From a virus: DNA of 64,000 nt. Location: IMG/VR virus record IMGVR_UViG_3300045988_047162. The stretch is one strand, 5' to 3'. Below, one piece after another: positions 35,081-47,000 of the stretch. Positions within the stretch are counted from its first letter, which is position 1; each line of letters starts with the position of its first letter. The translations under genes were made by a program, and so were the position numbers. The notes beneath the pieces were generated by a model. That model saw only the letters and a list, made by a program, of their open reading frames with translations, made no database searches and was not told the DNA's origin.

Positions 35081-35665
35081 ATGGCCTCTCAGGATAATGA
35101 AGTCGAATCCGAAAAGGACAAGACTGTTGGTCAGGCCGGAACGGTCGAGGATGCCGTGAAGGATGCTCAGACCACTCCGGTTGACGAACCCGCCGTCGAG
35201 CATGACGCTCCGGCTGATGATAAGGGTTCCGATGATTCTTCCAAGCCGTCCGATGGTGACGAGCTTGCCAAATGGAAGGCTATGAGCCGTAAGAACGAAG
35301 ACCGTGCTTCGGCCAATTACAAGGCTTTCCAGTCCGCTGATGCGGAGCTTAAGGCCGCGAAGACGCAGATTGCGCGTCTTGAGGCCAAGGCTAAGTATCC
35401 GCAGATCACGGACGCTGTTCTTTCCGACCTCTGCCCCGCAACGGAGCCGGAGGCCATCGCGTCGTGGGCTGAGAAGTATGCGGCGTACAACCCGATTGAC
35501 ACTTCCAAGGTGGAGAGGAAACCGCAGCAGACTGAGGATGCTTTGGCCCGCAAGGTAGCCATGCAGGCCGAGTTCCCGTCCGGCACCTCGCATCCGAAAC
35601 GTCAGCCGGGCGACGCTTACAAGCGTGTGATGGAACGTCAGAAGGCACGTAAGCGCAGCAAGTAG
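35081..35665 (+). CDS. Capsid scaffolding protein
   Basis: Acidic N-terminus, helical/coiled region and basic C-terminus, located upstream of the capsid gene. Confidence 0.6.
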   Translation: MASQDNEVESEKDKTVGQAGTVEDAVKDAQTTPVDEPAVEHDAPADDKGSDDSSKPSDGDELAKWKAMSRKNEDRASANYKAFQSADAELKAAKTQIARLEAKAKYPQITDAVLSDLCPATEPEAIASWAEKYAAYNPIDTSKVERKPQQTEDALARKVAMQAEFPSGTSHPKRQPGDAYKRVMERQKARKRSK

Positions 35666-35697
35666 TTTCCTACTGATTCTTTGAAAGGATTGAGCGT

Positions 35698-36321
35698 ATG
35701 ACTCAAGAGATGGCTCATTTCTCCGGTATCGTCACCGTTGAGGAGGACAATTCCTGGCGTTATGGCGAGAAGAACACCAATGATTCGGTGTCCGTCACCA
35801 TCGTGCCTGAATTGTTCAAGACCGAAGACAACAAGTATCTGACCGGTGTGGGTCCGAAGGCCACGACCGTTTACATTCGTTCCGGCATTCCGCTGGCGAA
35901 GATCACTTCCGGCGCGAACGTCGGCTCGTATGGTCCGTATGACAAGCAGGCCACCGATGGACGTCAGACCAAGATCGCCGGTCTGCTTGAATCCATGGTG
36001 TCCGTGAACATCAACCTGTCCGGCTGGGATGTGGACGACCCGCTCGTAGGCATGACCTATCGTGGCGACATCGTGGCCTCGAAGCTTCCGGTGAAGCCGG
36101 AGGCTGGTGCCGTGTGGGGCGGCGAGTTCTACGACGTTGAGGATGACGTTGTGAAGCCGTTGTCCGCTTCGGCCGGCGCGGCTGGCACTCCGGGTCCGGC
36201 TGGCAAGGATGGTGCGACCATCACCAAGATCGAATTGACTCAGGACCCGTCGTCCAAGGCCATCACCGCTGGCAAGGCCACTTTGTCCAACGGAAAGACC
36301 GTGAACATCACGATTTCCTGA
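35698..36321 (+). CDS. Head decoration-like protein with a short collagen-like GxY stretch and a C-terminal Ig-like segment
   Basis: Position between scaffold and major capsid, as in lambda D/E. Contains GTPGPAGKDGATITKIELTQDP... Confidence 0.5.
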   Translation: MTQEMAHFSGIVTVEEDNSWRYGEKNTNDSVSVTIVPELFKTEDNKYLTGVGPKATTVYIRSGIPLAKITSGANVGSYGPYDKQATDGRQTKIAGLLESMVSVNINLSGWDVDDPLVGMTYRGDIVASKLPVKPEAGAVWGGEFYDVEDDVVKPLSASAGAAGTPGPAGKDGATITKIELTQDPSSKAITAGKATLSNGKTVNITIS

Positions 36322-36353
36322 TTGACGGTCACTTAACCTCTAAACATTTTGTG

Positions 36354-36380
36354 AAACCCACCCATCGCGGTGGGTTTTTG
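36354..36380 (+). terminator. Intra-operon hairpin/terminator before the major capsid gene
   Basis: aaacccacc-N6-ggtgggttt followed by ttg. Confidence 0.55.
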
Positions 36381-36399
36381 CGTATCTAAGGAGTTTTTC

Positions 36400-37464
36400 T
36401 TGGCTATTGACAAGACTATTATCCCGCCGTCCGAGGCGACCGAGGTCGCTCAGGCGGGACATGATTACGTGAACAGCATCCTTCCGTTGTCGAATATTTT
36501 CCCGGTCACCTCCAACGGTGGCGACTGGACCGCTTCGTGGACTCCGGTCATTCCGAAGTCGAAGACCCGTGCGATGAAGCATCGTGCGTTGGATGCCGAG
36601 ATCGGGCATACCAAGTCCGAGACCTCGACCGCTGAGATTCATGCCGGCCTGTTGCCGTTGTCCGGTATGGACCATATCTCCGAGCGTGATATCGCCAAGC
36701 ATCAGGACGATACCGCCTATATCCACGATAAGGCCGAGGCGAAGTTCGAGGCTTTGGGCCAGCAGGCCGGTGTGACCGAGGAGTTGGAGCGTTTGCAGTG
36801 CTTGGTGACCGGCAAGGTGGTCATCAAGGAGAACGGCGTCGATGTGACGTATTCGTTCAGGCGTCCGGGCAACCAGCAGGATGTGAAGCCGACCACCACT
36901 TGGGATAACGACAAGTCGAACCCGTGCGACGACATCGAGGCTTGGGTGAAGATCATGCGCAAGGCTTACGGTCGTAAGCCGCACGCCGTCGCCACAACCG
37001 GTGTGGTCATCGATGCCATGCGTACCAACGAGTTCTTCCGTACGCAGGTGTCCGGCATGGATTTGGAGCATTCGAAGACCAAGCTGTCCCGTCAGAATGT
37101 GTTGGATGTGCTTCGTACGCAGTCCGGCATCACCGATGTGCTTCTGGTCGATGAGGCTTACGAGGATTTGAAGCTCGACAACACCTTCGATATGGATGCC
37201 GATGTCTCCACCGCGTTCCCGGATAAGACGTTCATTCTGCTTCCGTCGTTCAACGATTCGTCGTTGGGTGCCACCCTGTCCGGTCCTACCGCCGAGGCCC
37301 AGAACTCGGAGTATGAGATCAACAAGAGCGTGAACGATGGTCTCATCGGCGCTATGTTGTCGCATCAGGCTCCGCTGAATTATGACATTTGGGTCAACGG
37401 TAATTATCTTCCGATTCTGAAGGAGGCCGTCTCGACCTTCAAGGCGGATGTGCTGGGCAAGTAG
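36400..37464 (+). CDS. Major capsid protein (lambda gpE-like family)
   Basis: AAGGAG RBS 6 nt before an in-frame TTG; about 355 aa; follows the decoration-like gene. Confidence 0.75.
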   Translation: MAIDKTIIPPSEATEVAQAGHDYVNSILPLSNIFPVTSNGGDWTASWTPVIPKSKTRAMKHRALDAEIGHTKSETSTAEIHAGLLPLSGMDHISERDIAKHQDDTAYIHDKAEAKFEALGQQAGVTEELERLQCLVTGKVVIKENGVDVTYSFRRPGNQQDVKPTTTWDNDKSNPCDDIEAWVKIMRKAYGRKPHAVATTGVVIDAMRTNEFFRTQVSGMDLEHSKTKLSRQNVLDVLRTQSGITDVLLVDEAYEDLKLDNTFDMDADVSTAFPDKTFILLPSFNDSSLGATLSGPTAEAQNSEYEINKSVNDGLIGAMLSHQAPLNYDIWVNGNYLPILKEAVSTFKADVLGK

Positions 37465-37492
37465 CCTTCTTGACGCTTAGGGGGTTCCGCTG

Positions 37493-37927
37493 ATGTCGAA
37501 TGGTGTTACCGATGCCGTTGACTGGGTGGAATGCTTGGAGCTTCATTGCCTTCCTGATGCGGATGTGTTGAAACGGTATCCGAACGCTTGGCTCACGTAC
37601 ATGTGCCATCGTGCGGAGACCGTGGCGTCCACTTCGAGCACGAACTGCTTGCCACGGTTGAAGTCCGGCGACCTTGACCTTGAGGATTACGAGTTCGTCA
37701 TCTGTTCTATGGTGTGGCGCGTCATCCGCTATTCGGATATCAAGACCGAATCGAACGGCACGTACCAGTTCACTCGTTTCGACCCGCAGGATAATCCGCC
37801 AGGCAAGGATGCGTCGCCGAATCTGTATCTGTCGAAAAGGGAGAAGCAGATTCTGGATGGCTATGCGTCCGGGCGCGGTCCTATCGGCACTGTTGGCGTC
37901 GGTGTGAACCGTATTTATGGAATGTGA
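37493..37927 (+). CDS. Head-tail connector protein (hypothetical)
   Basis: Position between the capsid and tail modules. Confidence 0.5.
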   Translation: MSNGVTDAVDWVECLELHCLPDADVLKRYPNAWLTYMCHRAETVASTSSTNCLPRLKSGDLDLEDYEFVICSMVWRVIRYSDIKTESNGTYQFTRFDPQDNPPGKDASPNLYLSKREKQILDGYASGRGPIGTVGVGVNRIYGM

Positions 37928-38484
37928 TGCCTATGTCTCGTGAAACATGGGATTTGGGTCATCCATACGATAAGTCGGGTTCCGACGTGGTTGCTGAGCA
38001 TCCTTACGAGGATGTGACGGTGCCTTGGGTGAAGCCTGATTCGATTCTGTATCGGGACAAGGTGATCGTCGTGTTGTATACGGTCCGTCGTGGGCCGCAT
38101 GGGACGACGTATGTTCCCGGGAAGGCTTACTGGTGCTGGTGTTCCATCGAGGGGCGCGAGCAGCAGGCTGGCATGTTTTCGATTTCCGGTGCCGAGGATA
38201 AGTCGCCGCAGACTTGGGGTGGTTTGCGTGAGGTCACGCCGTCTCAGGTCGTTGCCGTGGAATGGCATGGCGATATCCATACGGAGGTCTGGTATCAGGG
38301 CGACTGCTATGACGTTGACGGCGCTCCGACGTTCCGTCAGCATGGCGAGGTTCCCCACTATGAGATGCATATCCGGCGTAACGCCGACTATTCGCAGATT
38401 CCGGTGGGGTTGCGTCCGAAGCCTCCTGAACCGGACCCTGACGACCATGTGTGGGGTGAGGCCGATGGCAAGAGTTTTCATTGA
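37924..38484 (+). CDS. Head-tail adaptor/closure protein (hypothetical)
   Basis: Position; GTGATG coupling. Confidence 0.5.
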   Translation: MMPMSRETWDLGHPYDKSGSDVVAEHPYEDVTVPWVKPDSILYRDKVIVVLYTVRRGPHGTTYVPGKAYWCWCSIEGREQQAGMFSISGAEDKSPQTWGGLREVTPSQVVAVEWHGDIHTEVWYQGDCYDVDGAPTFRQHGEVPHYEMHIRRNADYSQIPVGLRPKPPEPDPDDHVWGEADGKSFH

Positions 38485-38806
38485 CCGTGACCTGAGCACG
38501 AAGGTGGCTGAATGGTTCGGTCCGCAGGCCACGTCGGAGAAGGCCGACGAGGTGCTTGCGGATGCGAGGATGCTCGCCGCCGCGCGTGCGGTTGGCCGTG
38601 ACCCGGGTATTCCGGTCGCCAAGGATTTGAGTCTTGAGAAACGCTACCACGGCATCGACACGGATGTGTGTCTTGATGTCGAGGGTCGTGACGGGTCGAA
38701 CGTGGCCGTCGAACACGAGTGGGGCGCTTGGAACGAGCAGCGTCACCGTTGGGTCGAGGGACATCATGTGATGCGTGACGCGGCCCGTATGAACGGTGGT
38801 GTCTGA
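38465..38806 (+). CDS. HK97 gp10-like tail-completion/neck protein
   Basis: Only the last 113 codons of ORF 38090..38806 look coding (MARVFIDRDLSTKVAEWFG...). Position is consistent. Confidence 0.45.
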   Translation: MARVFIDRDLSTKVAEWFGPQATSEKADEVLADARMLAAARAVGRDPGIPVAKDLSLEKRYHGIDTDVCLDVEGRDGSNVAVEHEWGAWNEQRHRWVEGHHVMRDAARMNGGV

Positions 38807-39297
38807 TGCCGCTGATTCAACCCGACTACGAGCGTTACCCGCAGGAACGTCCGATGGTCGATTTCGATTCTCTCGTGTACACGCTTCTCACGGCTGGGTT
38901 CACCGGCAACCCGGACTGGCCCGATGTGCATGTGCTCAACGAGATCGATGTCGATGTGGACACTTGGGCGTCGTTCTCGAACATCGTGCTGTTCCATACG
39001 AACGCGCCGACCATGGCGACCGGCAATCATTCGACCGGTGTGTGGGATTGCGACATTGACATCATCGTCGCCACGAACGATGCGGACCGTTCCTTCCGCT
39101 TGGCGCAGGAAGTGTACCAGCAGATCATGCAATGGCCACGTTACGGGCGTACTGATTCGGGTCGTGTCATTCGGATTGTCGGCAATCCCGGTTTCGGCAA
39201 AAGCGCTGGCGGCAAGCAGGCCACCGGCAAGAAGGTGAAGCAGTATTCCGCTTCCTCGTTCACCGTCCGCGCGGAGGATTCGCTTCGCGTTGGATGA
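38806..39297 (+). CDS. Tail terminator-like protein (hypothetical)
   Basis: Last gene before the major tail protein; ATGA-type coupling. Confidence 0.5.
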   Translation: MPLIQPDYERYPQERPMVDFDSLVYTLLTAGFTGNPDWPDVHVLNEIDVDVDTWASFSNIVLFHTNAPTMATGNHSTGVWDCDIDIIVATNDADRSFRLAQEVYQQIMQWPRYGRTDSGRVIRIVGNPGFGKSAGGKQATGKKVKQYSASSFTVRAEDSLRVG

Positions 39298-39318
39298 TTT
39301 TCCGTTTTTTCGTTTTCA

Positions 39319-39346
39319 AGCCTCGCCTCGTGCGGGGCTTTTTTTG
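39319..39346 (+). terminator. Hairpin with T7 run upstream of the major tail gene
   Basis: agcctcgc-ctcgt-gcggggct followed by ttttttt. Confidence 0.6.
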
Positions 39347-39360
39347 TAAGGAGATATGAG

Positions 39361-39975
39361 ATGGCGTTTAATGATGACGCTACTTTGATTGCCACTTACG
39401 GCACTTTGTTCTACGCTCCGGTCGGCACTCCGCTGCCGAAGGATGGTGCCAAGGCGTTCAAGCTGAACGCTGACACCGTGAAGGTGGACACCACCGCTTC
39501 CGACGCTCCGAACGCCAATCAGGTGTGGACCAATCTGGGGCATACTTCCGCCGACAACAAGATTTCGTTCTCGTTCGACGGCGGCGACGCGACCACGCAT
39601 AATTCGTGGGCGCGTAAGAACTTGCGTACCACCTACGCCGATTCGACGTGCACCATCACCGCGAAGTCGTTGCAGTTGGATGGCGACACTCTGAAGCTGA
39701 TCTACAACGGCAGCGAAGAGGATGGCGGCGTTGGTGTGGACATCACCAAGAAGCCACAGACGTTCAGCCTGTTCCTGTTGGCTCAGGAGTCCGCCGACGA
39801 TGATTCGGATATCCGTTTCGGCGCTTTGTTCCGCAAGGTTTCCGTGACCTTCGATGGCGGTCCTGATTTCTCTGGCGATGATTTCGTCGAGCAGGGCATG
39901 ACCGGCGAGGTCGAGACCGTCGCCGGCAAGAAGCCGATTGTGTTTTTCGAGGCTTCGCAGATGAAGCAGTCCTGA
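39361..39975 (+). CDS. Major tail protein
   Basis: Position before the G/GT chaperone. 204 aa beginning MAFNDDATLIATYGTLFYAPVGTPLP; AAGGAG RBS. Confidence 0.7.
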   Translation: MAFNDDATLIATYGTLFYAPVGTPLPKDGAKAFKLNADTVKVDTTASDAPNANQVWTNLGHTSADNKISFSFDGGDATTHNSWARKNLRTTYADSTCTITAKSLQLDGDTLKLIYNGSEEDGGVGVDITKKPQTFSLFLLAQESADDDSDIRFGALFRKVSVTFDGGPDFSGDDFVEQGMTGEVETVAGKKPIVFFEASQMKQS

Positions 39976-40003
39976 TTCGGACTGTTCCAGTCTTCGTATT
40001 GAC

Positions 40004-40044
40004 GCCGGACCCCTGTTTCTCCTATCCGGGGGTTCCGGTCTTTT
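40004..40044 (+). terminator. Imperfect GC hairpin with T-run after the major tail gene
   Basis: gccggacccc...gggggttccggtc followed by tttt. Confidence 0.45.
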
Positions 40045-40102
40045 CCCGTTCTTCATTGACGGAAGATAGGAGATTTTCAACGCTTTTCAGATAGGAGAAA
40101 AC

Positions 40103-40555
40103 ATGGTTGACGAGACCGTTGAAGAGAATACCGCCACCGAGTCCGATGATTTCCGTATCCCGGAGACTTGGACGGAACTGTGCGAGAACGAGCCGCTGTT
40201 CTCGCTTCTGCCGCCTCTGGCCCCTGCGGAACGCCTCTCGTTCAAGCAGGCCGCACAACTGCGCAAACTGGACAGCATGGCCGGTTTCACGCTCAACGCC
40301 GACATCAACGGCCCCGAAGCCAAGTCCTTGGACGACGTCGAGGCGAAGATCGACGAGCGTATGGAGTTCGTCGGCACGGCTTTGGATTGGGTCAAGTCGC
40401 TGACAGTGAAGCCGGACAAGGTTGACGAATGGGCGACGGGCATCGGATTGGATGAACTGTTCTGGCTCATCGAAGCGATTCTCATGTTCTACACGGACCA
40501 ACTGGGAAAATCGATCGCTTCGAAGCGCAAGTCCGCGTCCACCCGGTCGAACTGA
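40103..40555 (+). CDS. Tail assembly chaperone (gpG-like)
   Basis: Position between the major tail and tape measure genes. Acidic, 150 aa, with a slippery heptamer near the 3' end. Confidence 0.75.
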   Translation: MVDETVEENTATESDDFRIPETWTELCENEPLFSLLPPLAPAERLSFKQAAQLRKLDSMAGFTLNADINGPEAKSLDDVEAKIDERMEFVGTALDWVKSLTVKPDKVDEWATGIGLDELFWLIEAILMFYTDQLGKSIASKRKSASTRSN

Positions 40556-40944
40556 CTTCCGACTTCCAACGTTTCTATGGTCTGGACATAACCGGCGCGA
40601 GGCTGAATCCCACCCGCGCCGAACGCCTCACGGCGGGGCTGATGGCAATGCCTGACAGCCTGTACAGGGCGCGGATATTGGAGGATGAGCCTCCAACCAC
40701 GTCCGATGAGTCCAAGACAGACAAGCCGACCGTACTGCCGTGGCTTGGATGGGATTCGAAGACGATGGTCGCCGTTGAGGTTCGCAACATGATGAACACG
40801 GTGATTACCGCGAAATACGGGGGCAAGAATGCCAAACCGCATCCACTGCTCCCTCCTGGCGCTGACAAGGAACCGCCTCGCCGGGAGAACGAAGGTACAG
40901 CGGAGAACTTCGAACGCATGTTCACGAAGTTCCACATGACCTGA
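40103..40944 (+). CDS. Tail assembly chaperone -1 frameshift product (gpGT-like)
   Basis: The -1 frame is open from the GGGAAAA site at 40504-40510 to 40944. It reads IDRFEAQVRVHPVELTSDFQRFYGLDITGARL..., a typical gpT start. Confidence 0.7.
40504..40510 (+). promoter_or_regulatory. Programmed -1 ribosomal frameshift slippery heptamer G_GGA_AAA
   Basis: X_XXY_YYZ in the zero frame of the chaperone gene; the -1 frame continues for 145 more codons. Confidence 0.7.
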
Positions 40945-40952
40945 TTCTGAAC

Positions 40953-40978
40953 AAACCCCCACATTCCCGTGGGGGTTT
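40953..40978 (+). terminator. Perfect 10-bp hairpin before the tape measure gene
   Basis: aaacccccac-attccc-gtgggggttt followed by ctatttcc. Confidence 0.5.
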
Positions 40979-41009
40979 CTATTTCCGTCTTTCTTTCTGG
41001 GGGTTGCCT

Positions 41010-44000
41010 ATGGCTGGCGAGCATCGCGCCGGTACGGTCGTCGTTCGTGTCACTGCGGATACGAAGGGTTTCCGCCGTCAGGTCGAGGAGGCCGCACGCG
41101 GCATAAACGACCTCGACGTGAACGCGGTATTCGAACCTGACACCGCCCAGCTTGAACGCGCCTACCGCGAATGGAACGGCAAGAACGCCTCCATACAGTT
41201 CAATTTCAAACCCAATACGAAGAACATCGACCCGTGGATGAAACGGTTCGAACAGCAGGAGGAACGCCTTCGTCGCGGACTCTCGCTCAAACCGGACTTC
41301 GATTCGTCCAAATTGAACCGTGGCCTGTCCGAGTTCAATTCCCGCACCAACACGGCCCTCCGTGGCAACGGGCTGCTGAACTCGAAACTGGTCGAAAAGA
41401 ACCTCGACCAGACCGTCAAGGTGTTCGACGCCAAAGGCCGCGAGATGGCCGACACATCCTTCTTCAAGAAGTCGGCCCTCAAAAAAACCGAACAGCTTTC
41501 GTTCGCGACAAGCCTCGACAAGACCGTCGATAAGTACCGCGAGAAGAAGATGGACCTGTACCAGCAGGTCCGTGGACTCATCAAAGGCAACGAACACCTC
41601 TCCAACGAGCAGATACGCCAATTCGAGAAACTGTCCAACCGAATCGTCAAAACCCGCAACGACATTCGCGGACTGAAAGGCGACCTCGCCAAGGCCACCC
41701 GCGAAGTCGAACGCCTCGACGCGCAACGCCTTGAGATGAAGACGCAGAAGCTCCCGACCTCCGACCTGTGGAAGCAGGAACGCGAAGCCGCGAAGCAGGT
41801 CACAGCGGTCAACAAGGCGCTCGCCGGTCAGGAGAAGGAGCTTGGCAGGCTGCGTAAGGCGCAGTCGTCGCTTGTGGACATCGCGTCCGATGGTGATGCG
41901 AAGCGTGTGTCGAAGATGACCCGTCAGGTGCGTGCTCTTGAGGAGAGCATCGTCACCGCTGGCAATTCGTTGGCGAACTTCTCCAAGGCCCGTGACACGG
42001 CTTTGGGACTGCATCAGAAGCAGGAGACGTATGCCGACTGGTTCAAGGGCCAGCAGGTCGCGTCGTCGCGTTTTGCGAAGGAGATCGAGGCGCAGCGGGC
42101 CGAGATGGCCCGCGAGTCGAAGAAGGCTAGGGACGAATGGTCCCGTCCGGTTGGCTCCACGGCCATCGCCCGCGAGCGGTTCGCGGAGTCGCGGCGTGAG
42201 GCCGAGAACCTTATCGACACGTATCGTGGCGTGCGCAAGGAGCTTGAGTCCGACGTGTCCGCCATGAAGCGGAACAACCGGAACTGGTTCGACCTTGACG
42301 AGTACAAGCGTACCGTCAAGATGCTTGGCGAGCTCGACGAGCGTATCGAGAAGCTGAAGAAGAGTCCGGTCACGAAGGCGACCCGTCTTGAGGGTTCCGA
42401 TTTCCAGAAGCGTCTCGCCGACCTGTATTCGATGAACGGCGTCCGTAACCGTCAGGATATCCGTCTGAGGTTCGTCGCTGAGAATCTGCGTGAGGTCAAG
42501 TCGAAGATCGAGGCGTTCAAACGTCGCGGCGTCGATGTTCCGGTCACGTTGAAGGCCGAACTGCGGGAGATGTACCGGCAGCTGGCCTATTACCAGCGTC
42601 TTCTGAAGGATAATCCGAAGGCGCGGGTGAAGGTCGATGTCGAAGGTGATTTCGCCCGTCTGAACCGTGATATCGAACGGTTCGAGTCGCAGCGTGTGAA
42701 GGTCGAGTTCTATGAGGATGGCGCTGACGAGATACGCCGCGCCATGCGGGAGCTTGAGCATAAGAGGCTCGATGTTCCGGTCACGTTGAAGGCCGAGTAT
42801 TCGAACGTCGAAGCTGAGATGCGCCGGTATGCGGAGAAGCTGAAGTCCAATCCCGATGCGGAGATTCCGGCGAAGCTCCATATCGACAAGAAGCACGCCG
42901 AGGAGGAGCTGAAGAGGTTCCAGGACAAGAACGACACCCTTGATATGGATGTCGATCTTGAGACCGCTTTGGCCCGCGCCCATCTCGCTTACTTCACTCG
43001 CCCACGCACGATTGACATCTTCGCCAAGTTCCATGGAACTGACATCGGCAAGATTCTCAACGGCATGACGTATGGCGCGTCCGGCTTGAAGGGTGTCGAG
43101 AACCAGTTCCAGAATCTTGTGAACCTGTTCGACACGTTGGACAAGAAGGTTCCACGTCTAGCGCTTGTCGGCACTGTATTGTCCGATATCGGCGCTGGTG
43201 CAGTGAACGTCTCCGGTACGGTCGGCGGCTTGGGCAAGAGCATTGTGAGCCTTTCCAAGGCGGCTTATGCGGCTCCTGCGGCGTTGACCGGCTTGGGCGC
43301 GGTGTTCGCCACGTTCAAGATGATCTATGGCGACAAGGGCGAGACGTGGAGCAGCCAGATCGACTTCGCCAACACGAAGCTGTCCCAGCTTTCCCAGAAC
43401 GTGCAGGATGCGTTCTATGGCAAGGCGAAGCCCGCCATCATGGATACGGCGAACGCGATAGGCGATTCGCTGGTGCCGGAGATGAGCACTCTCGCCAAGC
43501 ATGAGGGCGAGATAGTCGAAAAGCTCATGCTCGCCGTGAAAGCGTCCTATCAGGCGAACGAGCTGCCAGCCGTCTTCGACCGTGCAAACGAGTCGATGGA
43601 CAATCTCGTTCCCGGTGCCGAATCCCTGATTACCGCATTGTCCCATATCGGCATGGTCGGCGGCAAGTATCTGCCGCAGTTCACGCAATGGTTGAGCGAG
43701 GATGCGTCTTGGTTCGCCAAGTGGGCCGAGAACGTGATGGACGACTCCGACCGTGTTGACAAGGCCATGTCCGAAGTCAAGGAGCAGGCTGGTTATCTTG
43801 GCTCATCCCTTCGCTCGTTGAAGGGTATCGCGCAAGGTGTGTTCACTCCGATTGCCCAATACCAGAATGGCATCGAGCAGTTCAGCAGCGTGTTGCAGCG
43901 TGCAGACCGTGCGATTAACTCCATGAGCGCCCAGGATACGTTGCGTGCTTGGGTGACTGGCGCTAGGGACGCCCAGAAGGGCGTGCGTGACGCTTTCGCC

Positions 44001-47000
44001 GATATCGGACATGCTGCGAACGAGTCGCGGAACGATCTTGCCGGTACGATGACGAATCTTGGTCAGTTGACCGGTAATTTCGTGGCCGACACCTCGAAGC
44101 TGGCTTCCGGCACTTCGGGTAGCATCCGCACGTTCTCCGGTGATGTGCGTGATGGTCTGAGCATGGTGACTTCCAGTCTTGCGTCTACGTCTCCGATGTT
44201 TTCGAGTCTTGTCCGCATGGCGGGCCAGTTGTCGAAGACGTTCGGCGGCACGCTTGCCAACTCGTTGAAGTCTGCCGCTCCCACGATTGAGGCCATCGCC
44301 AATGCGACAAGCGCGTTGAGTGACGCCTTCTCGAAGCTGCCAGCCCCAATTCAGGGCATGTTGGGCTTGTGGATGACGTTCGGTCGTGCTGGCAAGTCAG
44401 CTTGGACGGCGTTGAAGAGCGGTGCTTTGGAGAACATTCAGAGCACGATGCAGTATCAGAACATGTTGCGCCAGTTGGGTGTGACGATGGATGGCACGAA
44501 GGTCAAGGCTTCCCAGTTGATTTCCGCGATGGCTCGTCTTTCCCGTAACGAGACGACGGCTGAGGTCACAGGCGGCGCGATGGCGTATGGCAATGTGGCG
44601 GGCTTGTTCACCGGCTCCGTCAAGGGTATGGAGCAGATGGGGGAGCAGGCTGAGAAGACCGCTTCCAAGGTGGCAAAGACTGGTCAGGAGGCCCGTCTTG
44701 CAGCCGAGGGGGCTGTCCTGTTGGGCAATAACGCCAGTAGTGCTGGCAAGGGTCTGCGAAGCCTGGACGACAACGCCGAACCCATCAAGGGCAAGCTTTC
44801 CGGCTTGAAGAGCGTCGCCAAGGATACCGGCACCGTCCTATTGGATATGCTTGGCGGTCCTACCGGCATCGCATTGACGGCTGGTCTCGCTGCCGCTGGC
44901 ACGGCGTTCAGCGCGTATTCCCAGCATGTCGAACAGGTCAAAGCCAACATCGAATCGTTCAACGAGGCGGCTAAGGCAACGCCTGACGCTTTGTCAGCTC
45001 AGGTTTCCTCGCTTGAGGGGTTGAAGAACCGGCTGGATAACTTCGGTTCCACACTGAAATCCAACTTCTCCACTTCGGATTCCTCTTGGGACAAGTTCTG
45101 GCGTGGAACGTCGAATGTGGGTAGCATGTCTTCGGCATTGCAGATGCTCGGTCAGAACGAGGATTCGGTCGCACGCAAACTGTCCGGCAGCAAGAGTGAC
45201 TACAACAGCTACATCAAGACGTTGCAGCGGATGACGACCCAGACGAACAAGCAGGCTTCGGCTGACAAGAACTCCGCGACCGTGTTCGATATGAGCAGTA
45301 TGAACAGGCTTCAGAAGTCCGTCAACATGCACGAGGCCGCGAAGACCGCTTTGGCTGACGCCCAGAACTACAACGATGAGATCGAGAAGTCCATCAAGAC
45401 GCAGGCCGCTGCCGCTGGTAAGAGCGCTGGTTGGGTTGATCGTCTTCGTGATGAGGGTCAGGATTGGCAGTCCATCGCGGATGGGCTATTGAGCGCCACC
45501 GAGAAGAAAGAGCGGTTGGCTACCGTGACAGGCTCTCTGGCTTCGCAGGTTGAATCCCAGCGCAACGCGAACATTCAGGCCGCTGCCGCGTCCAGCAGTT
45601 ATGCGAAGACGTTGCAGCAGGTTGGCGAGGCGATGAAGACCGTAAATGATCTTCATTCCAAAGGCCAACAGGTTTGGGATGCACAGAAGAAGGATTTCGA
45701 CTATACGACTGAGGCTGGCCGTACCGCCGCCGACTCGTTGACCGCTTTGGCTTCCAGTTCGAACGATTACCTGAATGCGATGATTAAGCAAGGTAAGTCG
45801 CAGAAGGATGTGCTCGCCAAGCAGAAGGAATTGTCCAGCAACTTCAACGCTCAGGCTAGTGCCGCTGGTTTGGACGCCGCTGCTGTTGACGGATTGAACT
45901 CAAGTCTGTTGATGACTCCGAAGGAAGTCACCACACAGATCAACGTTCAATCGTTGGAAGCGAAGGAGAACCTGGCGAATGTCGTTGACAGTATGAGCTA
46001 CCTGTTCCCCGATGGGACACGTAAGCAGGTCAAGGATATTCTGTTGAACTCCATTTGGCAGGGTAAGACCGATGCCAACCAGTTGTCCGACATGGTGCAG
46101 AGGCTTTCCGATGGCAAGCATACGGTCGTGATTACCGGCGATAACAAGCTGGCGATTGTCGCGGCCAATGATGTGACCAATGCCGTCATGAAGGTACCCG
46201 CGTTGAAGAAGGTGTATCTCAAGGCCATCACCGAAGGCAAGAGCGATACCGACGCATTGGAGGAAAGCATCTCTTCGATTCCTGCGATGAAGGATGCGTT
46301 CGTCAAGGCGAAGGCCGAAGGCAAGTCCGATCTGGATGCGTTGAGGGATGCCATCTGGCAGGTTCCTGAGTTGAAGGATGCCTATTTGACGGCAACCGCT
46401 TCCGGTCAGGATGAGGTTGATGCGCTAGGTAACGCGTTGAAGCTTATCCCTGACTTGAAGAATACCGATTTGAAGGCCACTGATAAGACTCAGGACGGCA
46501 TTTCGAGCGCTACCACTAACTTGGATAACTTCGCGGCGCAGTTCGGTGCCCCTAACTCGAATATTACCGCTACCGATAATACCGCCGATGGCGCTGGCTC
46601 CGCAGGGCTGACGATGGGAGCCTATGAGCAGAAGTACGGTCATGTTGATTCCAATCTGACCGCTACGGATAACACCGGTGGTCCAACCAGTACTGCCAAG
46701 GGCAATATCGGTTCGGTGCCGAAGGGTCATGACACAAACGTGAATGCGACGGACAATACCGCTGGTGCCACTGGTTCCGCCAAGGGCAACATCCATTCCG
46801 TGCCGAAGAGCCATGACACTGGATTCAAGGGCCATGTCGATGGTTCGCTTTCCTCTGCCGTGGCGTCGGCCAATAAATGGATTAGCGGCGTATCGAATTG
46901 GGTTACCGTCCACATCAAGGGCATCTTCGAAGGTTCCAAGGCTGGCAAGGCTACTGGTGGTCGCATTACCGGTCCGGGTACTGGCACGTCTGATTCGATT